Origin: the human T2T-CHM13v2.0 reference genome, Homo sapiens
DNA: 64,000 bases
Reading direction: 5' to 3' (one strand)
Assembly: GCF_009914755.1 (NCBI RefSeq)
Contig: NC_060927.1
Shown here: piece after piece, positions 12,579 through 25,900 of the stretch
Layout: each line of letters begins with the position of its first letter
How positions within the stretch are numbered: the stretch's first letter is position 1
Notes under the pieces: model-generated
What the model was told of the DNA's origin: nothing
What the model saw: the letters and a program-made list of their open reading frames with translations, nothing else
The model's database searches: none
Made by a program: the position numbers and the translations under genes

Positions 12579-13146
12579 TTTATTATTATTTATTTTTAAT
12601 GTTTTTTAATTCTTAATTTTTTTACAGTACACTTTTTAAAACAAAGACATTTCCCTAAGTCTCTAAAGTATACTCTTTCTTAGTTTTTTTCTTCACCTTT
12701 TATTCTAAGTTCTGGTGTGCATGTGCAGAACGTGCAGGTTTGTTACATAGGTAACTGTGTGCCATGGCGGTTTGCTGCATGGATCATCCCATCACCTAGG
12801 TATTAAGCCCAGAATCCATTAGCTATTCTCCTGATGCTCTCTCTTTCCTCCCATGCCCCCTTTGACGGGCCCCAGTGTGCGTTGTTTCCCATCATGTGTC
12901 CATGTGTTCTTATCATTCAGCTCCCACTTATAAGTGAGAAATGCAGTGTTTGGTTTTCTGTTCCTGCATTAGTTTGCTGAGGATAGTATCTTCCAACTCC
13001 ATCCATGCTTCTGCAAGGGACATGATCTTGTTCCTTTTACATGGCTGCATAGTATTCCATGGTGTATATGTATCACATTTCCTTTATCCAGTCTCTCACT
13101 GATGGACATTTAGGTTGATTCCATGTCTTTGCTATTGTGAATAGTG
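12579..13146 (-). mobile_element. 5'-truncated L1PA10/11-like 3' end with ~100 bp extra 3' sequence (putative 3' transduction)
   Basis: L1 3'UTR at ~12690-13146; perfect 15-bp TSD ATAAGCCTGTTTTCT at 12564-12578 and 13147-13161. Confidence 0.88.
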
Positions 13147-15459
13147 ATAAGCCTGTTTTCTAACTTTTCCTTTAGTACCCTGTCTCAGAATGCCTCCTTC
13201 CTATTTATTACAGCTTCATCTACCATTCAAGACCCCATCAGTTCCCCCTGTTATCAGAGGACTTCATCTTGAAATTATCTTTTTCCACTCTAACTCTGAT
13301 TGCATTCCCACATTACACAATTAATACTTTATTGCCTTTTGTGGAGAGTTGTTTTACTATAGGTAGGCCTTAATACATCATCCAGGCTCTAGGTTTCTTA
13401 GGAGAAGGGAAATATTTTATATTTTACTATAATAACTTTATCTAACAATTGGTAGCTGATAACACTGTTTATGGGTTCCTATTGGGGATACTATTTTTAA
13501 GGCTATTTTTTAAGAGTAGTTTTAAGTTCATATCAAAATTAAAGAGAAGATGCAGCGATTTCCTGAATACCCTCTGCCACTGTCCACCCTGCATGCATAG
13601 TCTCATCCATTGTTAACATTCTCTACCAGAGGGGTATGTTTGTTATAACTGATGAAACTACATTGATATATCATCACCCAGAATCTATAGTTTACATTAG
13701 GGTTCTCTCGGTGTGTTACATTCTACGGTTTTAGACAAATATATAATTTTGTGTATCTACCAATATAGTATCACACAGAATATTTTCACTGCCCTAAAAA
13801 TTCTCTGTGCTCCACCAATTCATCCTTTCCCTCACTCTAACCCTTGGCAACCACTGGTCTTTTTCTGCCCCCATAGTTTTGCCTTCTCTGCAATGTCATA
13901 TAGTTGCAATAATATAATACGTAGGCTTTTTACATTGGCTTTTTTTTAAAACATACTAATATGCATTTAAAGTTCTTCAGTGTCTTTTCAAAGCTGGAGA
14001 GCTCATTTCCTTTTAGCTCTGAATGATATTCCATTGTTAGGCTCTACCACAGTTTATTTATTCATGTACCTACAATTTTGAATCAAGCTACTATAAACAT
14101 TCATATGCAGAGTTTTGTGTGAACATAAGATTTCAACTTATTCAGTTAAATACCAAGGAGCATGATTCCTGGATTGTATGGTAACAGCATATTTAGTTTT
14201 CTAAGAAATCGCCAAAATGTCTTCTGAAGTGGGTGTACACTGTTGCGTTCTCATCAGCAATAGTGAGAATTCCTGTTGCTGCACATTCTAATGGACATTT
14301 CCTGTTGTAAATATTCTGGATTTTACCCACTTTAATAGGTGAGTAGTGGTATCTCATTGTCCTTTCAGTTTGCATTTCTCAGATGGCATAAGATGTAGGG
14401 CGGCATCTTTTAATATGCTTATTTGTATCTGTATATCTTTGGTGAGGTGTCTAGTAAGGTATTTGGCCCATTTAAAAAAAATTGGGTTATTTGTTTTATT
14501 ATTGTTGAATTATTTATATAATTTGGATAACTATCATCTATTGGATAGGTCCTTTGCAAATATTTTATCCCAGTCTCTGGCTTGTCTTCTCATTCTTTTG
14601 ACATTGTCTTTTGCAGAGCAGAAGTTTTTAACTTTAATAAAATTCAGTTTATCAATTATTTCTTTCATGGACTATGCCTTTGGTGCTGTATCTAAGGACT
14701 AATCACCATACCCACGGTCATCTCAGTTTTCCCATATGTTATATTCCGGGAGTTTTACTTCTGCATTTGACATTTAGGTTTATGATCTATTTTGAGCTAA
14801 CTTTTGTGAATGGCATAAAGTCTGTGTCTGGATTAAATTTTCTGCATGTAGTTGTGCAGTTGTTCCAGCACCACTTATACTATATTTTTACTTTTAAAGT
14901 GATTCCTATAGAGTTTGCAATATATGTCGTATACATTTACCATGAATATAAGTCCACTTTCAAATAACACTCTATCACTTTATGAGTTATGAAAATACTT
15001 TATGGTGAAATAATTCTAATTTCTCCCTCTCCCCGATTTATATATACACATACCTGCATGCTTATGTGTATGTTTATACACACATTAGATATAAGCATAT
15101 ATAACTGAGTACATTGTTGGTATTATATTTTTAACAAACTGTTACCTGTTCGATCAAGTAAGAATAAGAAAAAGTAAGATGTTTTACTTTGCCTTCACTT
15201 TTCCTTCTTTGATGGTCTTCCCTAATATAGATATGAATTTCTGAGCTGTATTATTTTCCATTTCTCTAAAGAACTTCTTTTTACATTTCTTGGAAGGCAG
15301 GTCTACCTGCAAAAAGTTTCCTCAGTTTTTGTTTGTCTGAGAATCTTTATTTCTCCTTCTCTATTGAAGGATAATTTTGTATGTTACAGAATTCTAGGTT
15401 GATGATATTTTCTCTCAACACTTTTAATATTTCACTCCAGTGTCTACTTGCTTGGATGG

Positions 15460-15890
15460 TGTCTCAGTCTGTGCTGCAATAAGATACCACACATTGGGTA
15501 ATTTATGAACAGAAATTTACTTCTCACAGTTCGGGAGGCTGGGAAGTTGAAGATCAAGGTACCAGCAAGTTCAGTGTCTGGTGAGGGCCCCAGTTTCTGT
15601 CTTCAAGATGGCAGCATGAATGCTGTGTCCCAGCATGGCAGAAGGGAAAAAAGGCAAAAGGGGATGAATACTGTGTCTTCACATGGCAGAAGAGAAAATG
15701 AGAGGCAACTCACTCCCTCAAGCCCGTTTGTAAGTGCCCTACTACATGGCACTTGTAATCCATGGCTCTGCCCTCATGACTTAATCCCTTCCCCAAAGGC
15801 TCTACCTGTTAGTACCACAAGAATGGGGATTAAGTTTCAACAATCCTCATTTCAAAAATATGAAATTTGGGGGATATTTAGCTCATAGTA
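15460..15890 (-). mobile_element. MaLR solo LTR (MSTC-like)
   Basis: ggaggctgggaagttgaagatcaaggtaccagcaagttcagtgtctggtgagggcc; TSD GATGG/AATGG. Confidence 0.85.
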
Positions 15891-16025
15891 AATGGTTTCT
15901 CAGGAAAAGTCAGATGTAATTCTTATCTTTGTTTCTATATAGGCAAGATTGCTTTTTAAATTTTCCCTGTCTTCTTTCAGGATTTTTTCTTGATCTTTGA
16001 CTTTCTGTAGTTTGAAAATGATATG

Positions 16026-16366
16026 TGATATGGTTTGTCTGTGTCCCCACCCAAATCTCACCTTGAATTGTAGTTCCCATAATCCTTATGTTTTGTGGGA
16101 GGGACCAGGTGGAGATAATGAAGATGGGGCGATTTCCCCCATCTGGTTCTTGTGATAGTGAGCTAGCTCTCATAAGATCTGATGGTTTTATAAGGGGATT
16201 CCCCCTTTGCTGGGCACTCATTCTTCTCCTTCCTGCCATTATGTGCAGAAGGACATGTTTGCTTCCTCTTCCACCTTGACTATAAGTTTCCTGAGGCCTC
16301 CCCAGCCATGCAGAACTGTGAGTCAATTAAACCTCTTTCCTTTATAAATTACCCAGTCTTGGAACA
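16026..16366 (+). mobile_element. THE1 (THE1C/D-like) solo LTR with shortened 3' end
   Basis: tgatatggtttgtctgtgtccccacccaaatctcaccttgaattgtag...gaactgtgagtcaattaaacctctttcc. Confidence 0.9.
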
Positions 16367-18115
16367 GGCCTAGATGTAGGGTTTCTTTGTTTCATTGTTA
16401 GTTTGTTTTGGCATTTATTCTCCTTGGTGGGCTCTGAGCTTCCTGGATCTGTAGTTGGTGTCTGACATTAAGTTTAGAAAATTCTCAGTCATTATTGTTT
16501 TAATATTTCTTTTTCTCTTTTCTTTTTCTTTTACCTCTGGTGTTCTATTACATGTGTGTTACATCTATTTTAGTTGTCCCACAGTTGTTGGATATTCTGG
16601 TTTTTTTTTCCAGTCTTTGTTATCTTTGCTTTTCAGTTTTCAAAGTTTCTACTGTTATATGCTCAAGGCCAGAGATTCTTTCCTCAGCCATGTCCAGTCT
16701 TCTAGCAAGCCCAACAAAGAAATTATTCATTTCTGTTACAGTATATTTGGTCTCTAGCATTTCTTTTTTGTTCTTTCTAGAATTTCCATCTCTCTACTTA
16801 CATTGCTCATCTGTTCTTTCATACCGTCTACTTAATCTGTAAGAACCTTTAACATATTAATCACAGTTGTTTTAAATTCCCAGTATGATAATTCCAATAT
16901 CTTTGCCATGTCTTATTCTGATGCTTGCTCTAGTTCTTCAAATTGTGGCTTTTTTGTCCTTTAATATACCTTGTAATTTTTTCTTGTTAGCTGGACATGA
17001 TGTACTGGGTAAAAAGAACTGCTGTACATAGGCCTTTGGTAATGTGGTGATGAGGTGTAGGGGGAGAGAAAGCGTTTTATGGTCCTGTGATTAGGTCTCA
17101 GTCTTTTAGTGAGCTTATGCCTCTGGACTGTGTGAACGTCACAAGTGTTTCTAATTCATTTGCTTTCCCTCTTATGTGGAACAACATAGCTAGAATGAGC
17201 TGGAGTTGGATATTTTCCTGCTTCCAGGTGGAAGACTAGAGCTGAGTAGAGTTGAGAATTTCTGTTCCCAGGTCAATTAGACTCTGGTAATACACCAGTA
17301 GGTTAGGCTCTGATTAATGAGATTCTTCTGAGGGCGGTCCTTATTAAGAGGAAAAGAGTGCTTTGATGTATTTCAAAATGGTTCCTTTTTTTCCTTCCCC
17401 TGCTGGAAGCATGGCGGGGGAGTGGCGGTGGATTTTTCTCTAATATTTACTGTGGGAACCTGGTTGAGCTCATGGAAGTAAATCTCACAAGACTGTGAGA
17501 GCTCCCCTATGATTGGAGTTTTTAACTCTCAAAACTGTTCACACTGAGCCTCTGGCAATTTATCACTTACAGTTCAGGTTTTCCTACTTTGGCACTGGTA
17601 CCCATGGCAGTTTCTACTTGTGAGTCTCTGCTCAGTATGCCATGACTCCCCATATTTGTCTACCTGTCTCTCCAATTTGGGGGCAGCCGTTTGCCCTATG
17701 TCCTCCATGTCTTATGGATCCAAGAAGAGTTGTTGATTTTTCAATCTGTTCAGTTTTTAACTTGTCATTAGCATAGACCAGCAACTTCCAAGCTCCTTAC
17801 ATCTGGGAGCATAAACTGGAAGTATAGGAGTACTATTTTTGAAAATATTGAGCCCACGTATATTTTATACCTCCCTAATCACAGAGTGCATGGTTACTTC
17901 CTTTATGAACAAGGGGATTTATGGCTTCAAAGGTAGATAGCTTCTGATTGGTAGAAAAATATCATGTCTCAACTTTGAGTATGGAACTAAAATTCCCAGT
18001 CAGGGAATAATTATGATGGCTAAACTTTGTTGAAAGGTAAAAACAGTTTTTTGAAAAATTATTTAATTTTCTAATTACTGTAAAGAAAAAGCCTTGGATG
18101 ATTTTGAAAAGATTA

Positions 18116-18391
18116 TTTTATTTTTTGAGACACGGTCTTGCTCTGTCATCCAGGCTGGAGTGCCGTGGCGTGATTATAGCTTACTGTAACCTCAAACTCC
18201 TGGGCCCAAGGGATCCTACTGCTTCAACCTCTTGAGTAGCTTGGATTACAGGCATGTGCTACCATGCCCAGCTAATTATATATTTTTTTTCTTTGTAGAG
18301 ATAGGGTCTCACCAGCCCAGGCTGGTCTTGAACTCCTGGGCCCAAGCAATCCTTCTGCCTTGTCTGCCAAAGTGCTGGGACTACAGGCATG
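18116..18391 (-). mobile_element. AluJ-like element
   Basis: Diverged Alu dimer with J-type positions (caaactcctgggcccaagggatcc; gaactcctgggcccaagcaatcc). Confidence 0.88.
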
Positions 18392-18944
18392 AAAAGAGTC
18401 TTATAAATTATAAGTGTAAATAGTATCCAAGACATGATGTAAAGGAAGTTCTCTTTCAATATGAAGAAGGAAAATTCTTATGGCTGCTGGGGATGGAGAC
18501 TAAAGCAAAGAAAGTAGACTCAGAGTGGATGAGACTCCATTGAGGATGTTACAAGGGGGAAAGAGACTGAAGTTCCATCTCCTTCCTTTTGAGTTTTGAT
18601 GTTCTTGGAACTCTGATTGACCAAGTTGGTCCTGCCTGTGGTCTGTGAGCAAGAAAAAATTGTCAAAATGTGAATAATTTTTCTTGAAATATCACATTAG
18701 CTTCATCCAGTAGCTATTGATAGGTACTGCTATTATCATTCTGCTATTACAACTTTCCTAACTTCTATAGTGCTTTTGTTTTAATTCATGAGTTATTTAG
18801 TAGTATATTAAAAAAACTTGCAAGTTTAAACTTTTCATATTAATTTATATTTTAATCATGATCAATTATATAATTTAAGTGATATTTAAAAATATTTTAA
18901 GAAGTACTTTGGGACCTAGGGAATGGATAATTTTGTAATTGTTT

Positions 18945-19103
18945 CAGTGACTTATGCCTATAATACCAGCTCTTTGGGAGGTAGGAGGATTGCTTAAGCC
19001 CAGGAATTTGAAGCTCCAGTGCGCTATGACTGTACCCCTGCACTCTAGTATGGGTGACAATGTGAGACCCTGTCTCAAGAAAGAAAAGAAAGAAACAAAG
19101 AAA
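18945..19103 (+). mobile_element. Free Alu monomer (FLAM/FRAM/FAM-like) with GA-rich tail
   Basis: Single monomer tgcctataataccagc...ggaggattgcttaagcccagga...gagaccctgtctcaag followed by an (AAAG)n-like tail. Confidence 0.8.
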
Positions 19104-19483
19104 GTGTGAACTATGAATTTTGGATTGACCTGTGTTAAAATATCCTGAAACCATTTGGATGTGTAAATTTATCCTTCTAATTATGTCAATTAAAAAAATA
19201 TATGTATTTCTCAAACTTTTTGTTGGGTACACTGTATATTGATGAATGATTGTTATATCTTCTTGATGAATTATTATTGTTCTTATTATGTAGTGTCCCC
19301 TCTATTATCAATGATTTTGCCTTAAATTCTATTTTGTCTGCTATTACTGTTGTCACTCTAGCTTCCTTTTGATTATTATTGCAAAACGTATTTTTTCTTT
19401 CTCTTCAAATCTTCTTTGTTGCTTGTTTTCTATATGATTTTAAGAAGTAGCATAAAGGTGAGTTAAAAATCCAAACCAAATAA

Positions 19484-19830
<347 letters not shown>

Positions 19831-20299
19831 ACTTTATATTTTTTAATAATTGATATTTTTTACATTTTTGTGCCTTCTGGTTACATTCTTCTATTTCTGC
19901 TGAATCTTATTTTGCCTTACTTTTCTGCCTTTGATTAAAAGCATTTTCTTTATTTCTATATGTTTAAAACTCTCCACTGGTTTGGGAGCTGCATATCTTA
20001 TTTCTATTCATAATTACTCTTAAATTTATAATATGTATACTTAACTGCATATATGTATATATGCATGTGTATATTTATATGTTGACATATACATATATAT
20101 TTATTTTTACAAATTCTAAGGTTATTGCTTCTGAGTATAAAAGGGACGTTTGTACATTTTCATTACTCATTTTATCATTTTATATACTTTTTCTTCTTTT
20201 TGTTGACTGGGATCTTGTATAACTAAACAGAATAAAAATCCATAAATATTAGCTATCATTTTTACAATTAATCATTATAGTTAATGATTAATTCAGCTC

Positions 20300-20600
20300 A
20301 CCTGGTGGCTCATGCCTGTAATCCTGGCACTTTGCAGGTGGAGGTGGGAGGATCTCTTGAAACCGGAAGTTTGAGACCAGCCTGGCCAACATAGTGAGAC
20401 CCTTATGATGCAAAAAGTTTTAAAAATTAGCTGGGCATGGTGGTGTGTGTCTGTAGTCGCAGCTCCTCAGGAGGCTGAAGTGGGAGTATTACTTGAACCT
20501 GGGAGTTTGAGGCTGCAGTGAGCTATGTTCATGCCACTATGCTCCAGCCTGGATGAGAGAATGAGATCCTATCGCAAATAATTATGATAATAATAAATTC
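20300..20600 (+). mobile_element. AluJ-like element
   Basis: ggtggctcatgcctgtaatcc...gtttgaggctgcagtgagctatg, decayed tail. Confidence 0.88.
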
Positions 20601-20744
20601 AATTTACTAATGTGCTTTTTGCTATTTGATGTTTCCTTCACCATGCCTCTTGGACTCTCAATCTAGTAACATTTAATAGTACAGCCTGGTTAAAATTTTC
20701 ATCTAGTTGTCACTTTGGAGTTTTCAGATTTAGTCACCATGACG

Positions 20745-21002
20745 GTTACAGTAGGTAGCTAGTGAGGCATGAGGAGAGTAGGAGAGGGCTCCACTTTCCC
20801 CCACCAGGAATGTCTATCTGGTGATGATCAGGTGGTTGTTAACTGCCTTTCTAAAATAATAATCAGTCACAGCTTGTGCCAGGGAAGGGCTCTCTCCCAA
20901 CAGGTAGAAAACACCTGAAACTGGTGATCAGCAACTTCCCAGTAAGATCTCAGCAGTTGGGCGAATGGGTTCAAGCTTAAGAGGCAAAATGGCAGAGTTT
21001 AT
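20745..21002 (+). mobile_element. MER50-like ERV1 LTR, 5' portion only
   Basis: gttacagtaggtagctagt...ccaccaggaatgtc...acacctgaaactggtgatcagc...taagaggcaaaatggcagagttta. Confidence 0.8.
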
Positions 21003-23639
21003 TTTTTAAATTTTCCCTTTGTTTTTCAACTTAGAATTTGCATGTGTGTTGGGGGTCGTTCCATTGAAAGGAAAACGTGAGTGGCTTATTTATTAGAGCT
21101 TAAATGGATCATCTTACCAAAAGGTACAGTTTTTCCATCTTTGTTTTTATTCCTTTTCAATCTGGAGTTTGTTCTTTCAACTGCTGCTTTTCTACTGCTG
21201 CTTCATTTAAGGGTAGATCTGACCATTTTGATTAATCAGAACTACCATATTAAAGGGATTTTCTACTTTGGTTATAATGAAAGCAATCAAGGATAGACCT
21301 TCGAAGTTCTCATGTAATGAATTCTTTATTGTTATCTCTTAAAAGTGTTTTATAAAAATGATCATTTATATTAATGGAACATCTTTCAAAAGACAGGAAA
21401 TGAAAGAATATCAATTTATATTCTAGTACTAAATATCATGAAACATATCATCATCTCATTCAAGAAACCATCTCAAACAATTGAAACACATCTTTCAATT
21501 CACACTTTTCTCTTTTGGATATAGTCACCTGTTGCTACACATAATAACAGACATGTACTCAACCTAACAGATACTGACTTCCATTTTAGCATCAGCAAAT
21601 TTTTTAGTAGTCCCAGTGAAGGACTGCAATAAGAACATGACCTGACCTTGCTTTATGAGTTGTATCTGCTCTATATAATGAAGTGTAAAATGAATATTTG
21701 TATATTAAACATGAAGTTAATTTTTATTGTAACTTCAGAATGTGTGCCTAAAAAATTGGCTTCAACACTAATAAAACCGCACACATAAGAAACTGAATAA
21801 TCAGGTCAAGGAGTAAGAGACATTTGTCAAGGTACTGCCTAAGTGCACTTATTTCTCCTTTCAACATCTATAAGAAGCCAGTCAGATGAATAATTAGTCC
21901 GTATAATCTTTGCACAGTTACTTATTTAAAAAAAAGACTCAGTTAATGTCGTTTTCTATTGGGAGTCCTTAGTGGCTAATGGGACTTGAAAGTTTAAGCA
22001 TCACCCTGGTAAGGTCTATTGGTTTCAGAAAAACATCTTTGAAATACTTTTAGACCACGGAAGCAAACAAAAAGATGACCAAAGTCAAGGAGCTGCTAAA
22101 TCTCAAATTGCAATAATACTGTTATCAGTAACGGTTTATGACTTCAAAAACTGAAAATCATGTTTGATTAACAAAGGCAACTCCTCTTCATAGTTAAATT
22201 TCAAAAGGTTGTCAGGCAACTGTTGGGCTTGGTAATTGAGGCTGGAAGGATGGTTTGTTGATGGACTCTTGCAGAAATAAGTAGTTCTATACTTTGTTGG
22301 TGGTATGTCTTTGAATTCTGGTCAAAGACTGAGGAGGGGAGAAAGAAGCAAAGAGATTTGTCCTTCTCTAATGTTTAAAATAATTGGATATTCGATTTAG
22401 TTGAAATATGTAAATAATCAGGCATTATCTTCTTCAAGTCACATTAACTTTCTGTATTTTGTATGTGTGTTTTAAGAAGTAGTACAAAGAAGATGTTGGA
22501 TAAAGGTTTGCCTTTACTGTCTCAAATCCTGGGTTGAGACTCTGTCTCAGTTAAACTGTCTTCCATTAAACTAATTGCTGTAATGGGGAAGGGGCCAACA
22601 GATTGCTTGGCCTTGGGGCAATACATAATGTGCAAGACAAAGTCAGTGGTTTCAGGCAAAATAAGTCTCTTGAACTGGAATGAATATGAAGTAGCCTGAG
22701 GGTAGATAAGGGAAATAAGAATTTACTATAATTTAAAACACATAGAAAAATATTATTTTCCCTGTCCCTATATTTAAGGTAGATTATATATGTATAAAGA
22801 GCACTGGGTTTCTTCAGTGTTGGGATCTGCTTATAAGACATCTTGGAGATAAGAATTGGAACAAGTACGTTGAGTTATGGAACCATCACTGGTAAGAAAG
22901 ATTCTATTTTGGTGCATTGGTCAGTTCACCCTCATAACTTCTTTTGTGCCATTTCCATGGACTTGGCTATTTCTTCAGTTCTTTGCTCTTCTTCCTTATG
23001 CTTATCTACTCAGTTCTGTTTCTCCTTACAACTTTCTGGTACTCAGCAGGATTTTGGACCAGGTTGTTATTTACTCCCTCTTTTCTGGGGTGTAGTCTGC
23101 ACAACTCTGACTTCAATTCTTTCTTGTCTCCACATTCCATCTCCATTTTTGGTCTTTGAACCGACACTGAAAATACATGGTGATATTATATTCATGATAA
23201 CTAAAAAAAAGGAATGTGATATCTTTATGAAGGTCTAAGTAAAGATTTCTTAAGTTATTGCCATTATAAGTTCTCCAGCCTAGGTGGACCCCTTATTTTT
23301 TAGGGTCAAAATTTGGTACTCAGAATGAGCAACACCAGCAACACCAGTGGTCCTTTTATCAGAATTATCTAAATAAGGCATATACTATGTTTGTTTCTAC
23401 ATGCTACAAATGAATTCCTTATTTTTGGAGCAATTTGAGTAAATACTGGCCTATCATATCATAAAAGAATGTTTGAGTTACATAAGCTGTCATTGAACCA
23501 TCTATGAACCACATTCTCCTTTACCTTCAACTTGGACTGCCAGTGTTGAAACTATAGAGAGTGCTAATTAATTGAGGGCATGCTCGCATGACAGAGTACA
23601 ACTTGCAGTGTTCTTTCCTATCCTAGAAGTTTTCTCTTT

Positions 23640-24480
23640 TGAATGACTTGAATCTCTCACCTGGCCTACTGCTGTAGCCTCAAACTGTGTTCCCTGCCTG
23701 CATTCCTTGTGGGCAGTCCCCACATAGCAGTCAGAATGATCTCCAAAACATGGAAATTATACCAAACCTTTAATGCCTTCCTTTTGCACTTATATTAAAA
23801 TAGAAATTCTTACCATGGTCTAGAATGGGGTGGGAGAGGGGAGGGATAAACTTTGTCTGTAAAGGGCCAAAAGATGAGAAATATTTTAGGTTTTGAGAGT
23901 CAAGAGGATATTATGTACATACTTATAAAAGTACTTAAAATGTAATCCTTAAAAAATGAAAACCATTTCTAGTTGGTGGGTCTATAAAAACTGTCAGCAG
24001 ACCAGATTAGGCCTGTGGGGGATAGTTTGCTCTACCTTGGTTAGAAGGTTCCTACCTCTTAGACTTGATCTTCTAATATTTCCCTCTTCCACACCATCTC
24101 CGAACATGCTGGCCTTTTGGTCTGATTTTTAATCATTTCACACTATCTCACTCAGGGCTTTTGTACCTGCTAGTTTCTATGACAAGGATGCCCTTCCCTG
24201 ATCTTTTCTTGTGTGCTTCTTTCTCAACATTTTGTTACCTATGAGCTATCTTCTCAGCAGAGGCTTTCTCAGACAACCTGATCTGATGTTTCTTTTTCCC
24301 TGTGAACCCAGTTACTTTCTACCACATCACCCTGCATTAAATACATGTATCCTTTACTGTACTTATCATTCTTGGAAATGATCTCAATGATTAGTTTTTA
24401 TTGGTTTATTGTATTTTTCTCTAACTAGAATGTGACTACCATGAAATTAAAGGCCATATCTGTCTATTTGCTTCTATAAT
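23640..24480 (+). mobile_element. L2 3' region, interrupted by MER58
   Basis: ccacatagcagtcagaatgatct...ctcagggcttttgtacctgct...actagaatgtgactaccatga. Confidence 0.7.
23843..24040. mobile_element. MER58-family hAT MITE
   Basis: aaactttgtctgtaaagggcca...aaatattttaggtttt...ggcctgtggg..atagtttgc. Confidence 0.7.
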
Positions 24481-25099
24481 TTTGTTGGATTTTTTGTTTT
24501 CAGCTATGATCATTACAGTGCCTGGTCTTCTTTGAAAATTATAGGAGTCAACATTTTAAAACTCTGGATAGTGCAGCTTTTAGTTTTGGAATATTAATCT
24601 CAAATATTTAAATCATAACAGCTTTTGCAGGTGCATTTTCTTATTTAGCATGCATCATTTCTCATGCATCAACATGCATTTAAAACAATACCGTATGTAA
24701 AAATATATTTAAATAGCTACAGTTAATTACTCCTTTGGATGGCCACTATTATCATAGTCATGTTTACACATACCGGTATCTTTAAAGCCAAATTTGCATC
24801 ATATTTTATGAAATACCCCTAACCGTCACTATTCGTATTTTGGTTTGCCATCTGTCTGTCTTCCATTGTTTGAAGATATTTTACTGTTTTTCCAGGATCT
24901 TATGTGTGTGTTTGTGTTTTTGTATGTGTCTGTGTGCTTAATGTAAAGTTCTAGCAAAGTGTCTCCAAGAATTTATCCAGATATAAAGCTGTCAAATAAA
25001 AACTTGGAGAATAGCGAATGGCTGTAGGGAAGTGTTGCTTCCTTCAATATTTGTGAGAAACAAATTTTATGTTTAATTCAAAAGTGAATATATAATGTA

Positions 25100-25900
25100 T
25101 GTAGAGACAAATGCATAAGAATGTTTATTGAGGCCTTGATTATGATAGAAAAAATATAAAAACCTCATATATCTATCACTAAGATATTGGTTATGTAATT
25201 ATAGTACAATTATAAAATACATTGAAATGGTGATGTAGATCTGTATTATTGTGAAAAAAGTCTGCTACACACTGTAAAGGAAATAGATTATCCACAGTCC
25301 ATCTACTATGATTTTATTTAAAAAGATATATAAGCACAAAGGCATATATATGTATAAAGAGAAAAATATCTGAAATATTATAATTCTATTCTAGCATGTT
25401 GTATTAGTCCTTTCACACGCTGCTATAAAGAATTGCCCAAGATTGGGTAATTTATAAAGGAAAGAGGCTTAATTGACTTATAGTTCTGCATGGTTGGGGA
25501 GGCCTAGGAAACTAACGGTCATGATGGAAAGGGAGGCAAACACAATCTTCTTTACATGGTGGCAGGAGAGAGAAGAATGAGAGCTAAGTGAAGCCCCTTA
25601 TAAAACCATCAGGTCTTGTGAGAACTTACTATCACGAGGATAGTGTGGGAGAAACCACCCCCATGATTCAATTACCTCCCACCAGGTCCCCCCCACCACA
25701 TGTGGGGATTATGGGAACTACAATTCAAGATGAGATTTGGGTGGGGACACAGACAAACCATATCACGCATTAACAGTGATTACACTGGGATTGGTGGTAT
25801 TACTGATGACCTTTATTTTAGTATTATTTTTGCAACATCCACTTGTTACTTTTATAAATAGAAATAATAAATTTATAAATATACAGCATTATTGCAAAAA
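25100..25900 (+). mobile_element. L1ME 3' remnant, split by THE1
   Basis: aagaatgtttattgaggccttg...atagtacaat...gatgtagatctgta; continues with taacagtgattac after the LTR. Confidence 0.5.
25400..25765 (-). mobile_element. THE1C/D-like solo LTR
   Basis: tgtattagtcc...ggtggggacacagacaaaccatatca; flanking 5-mers CATGT and CGCAT. Confidence 0.92.

Larger units (their letters stand above)
13500..17825 (-). mobile_element. L1MC-like element (3'UTR through 5' region, internally deleted), host to two MaLR LTRs
   Basis: L1MC1/2-type 3'UTR at 13.5-14.0 kb, ORF2 remnants at 14.0-14.9 kb, ORF1/5' remnants to 17.8 kb; possible TSD TACTATTTTT on both flanks. Confidence 0.75.
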
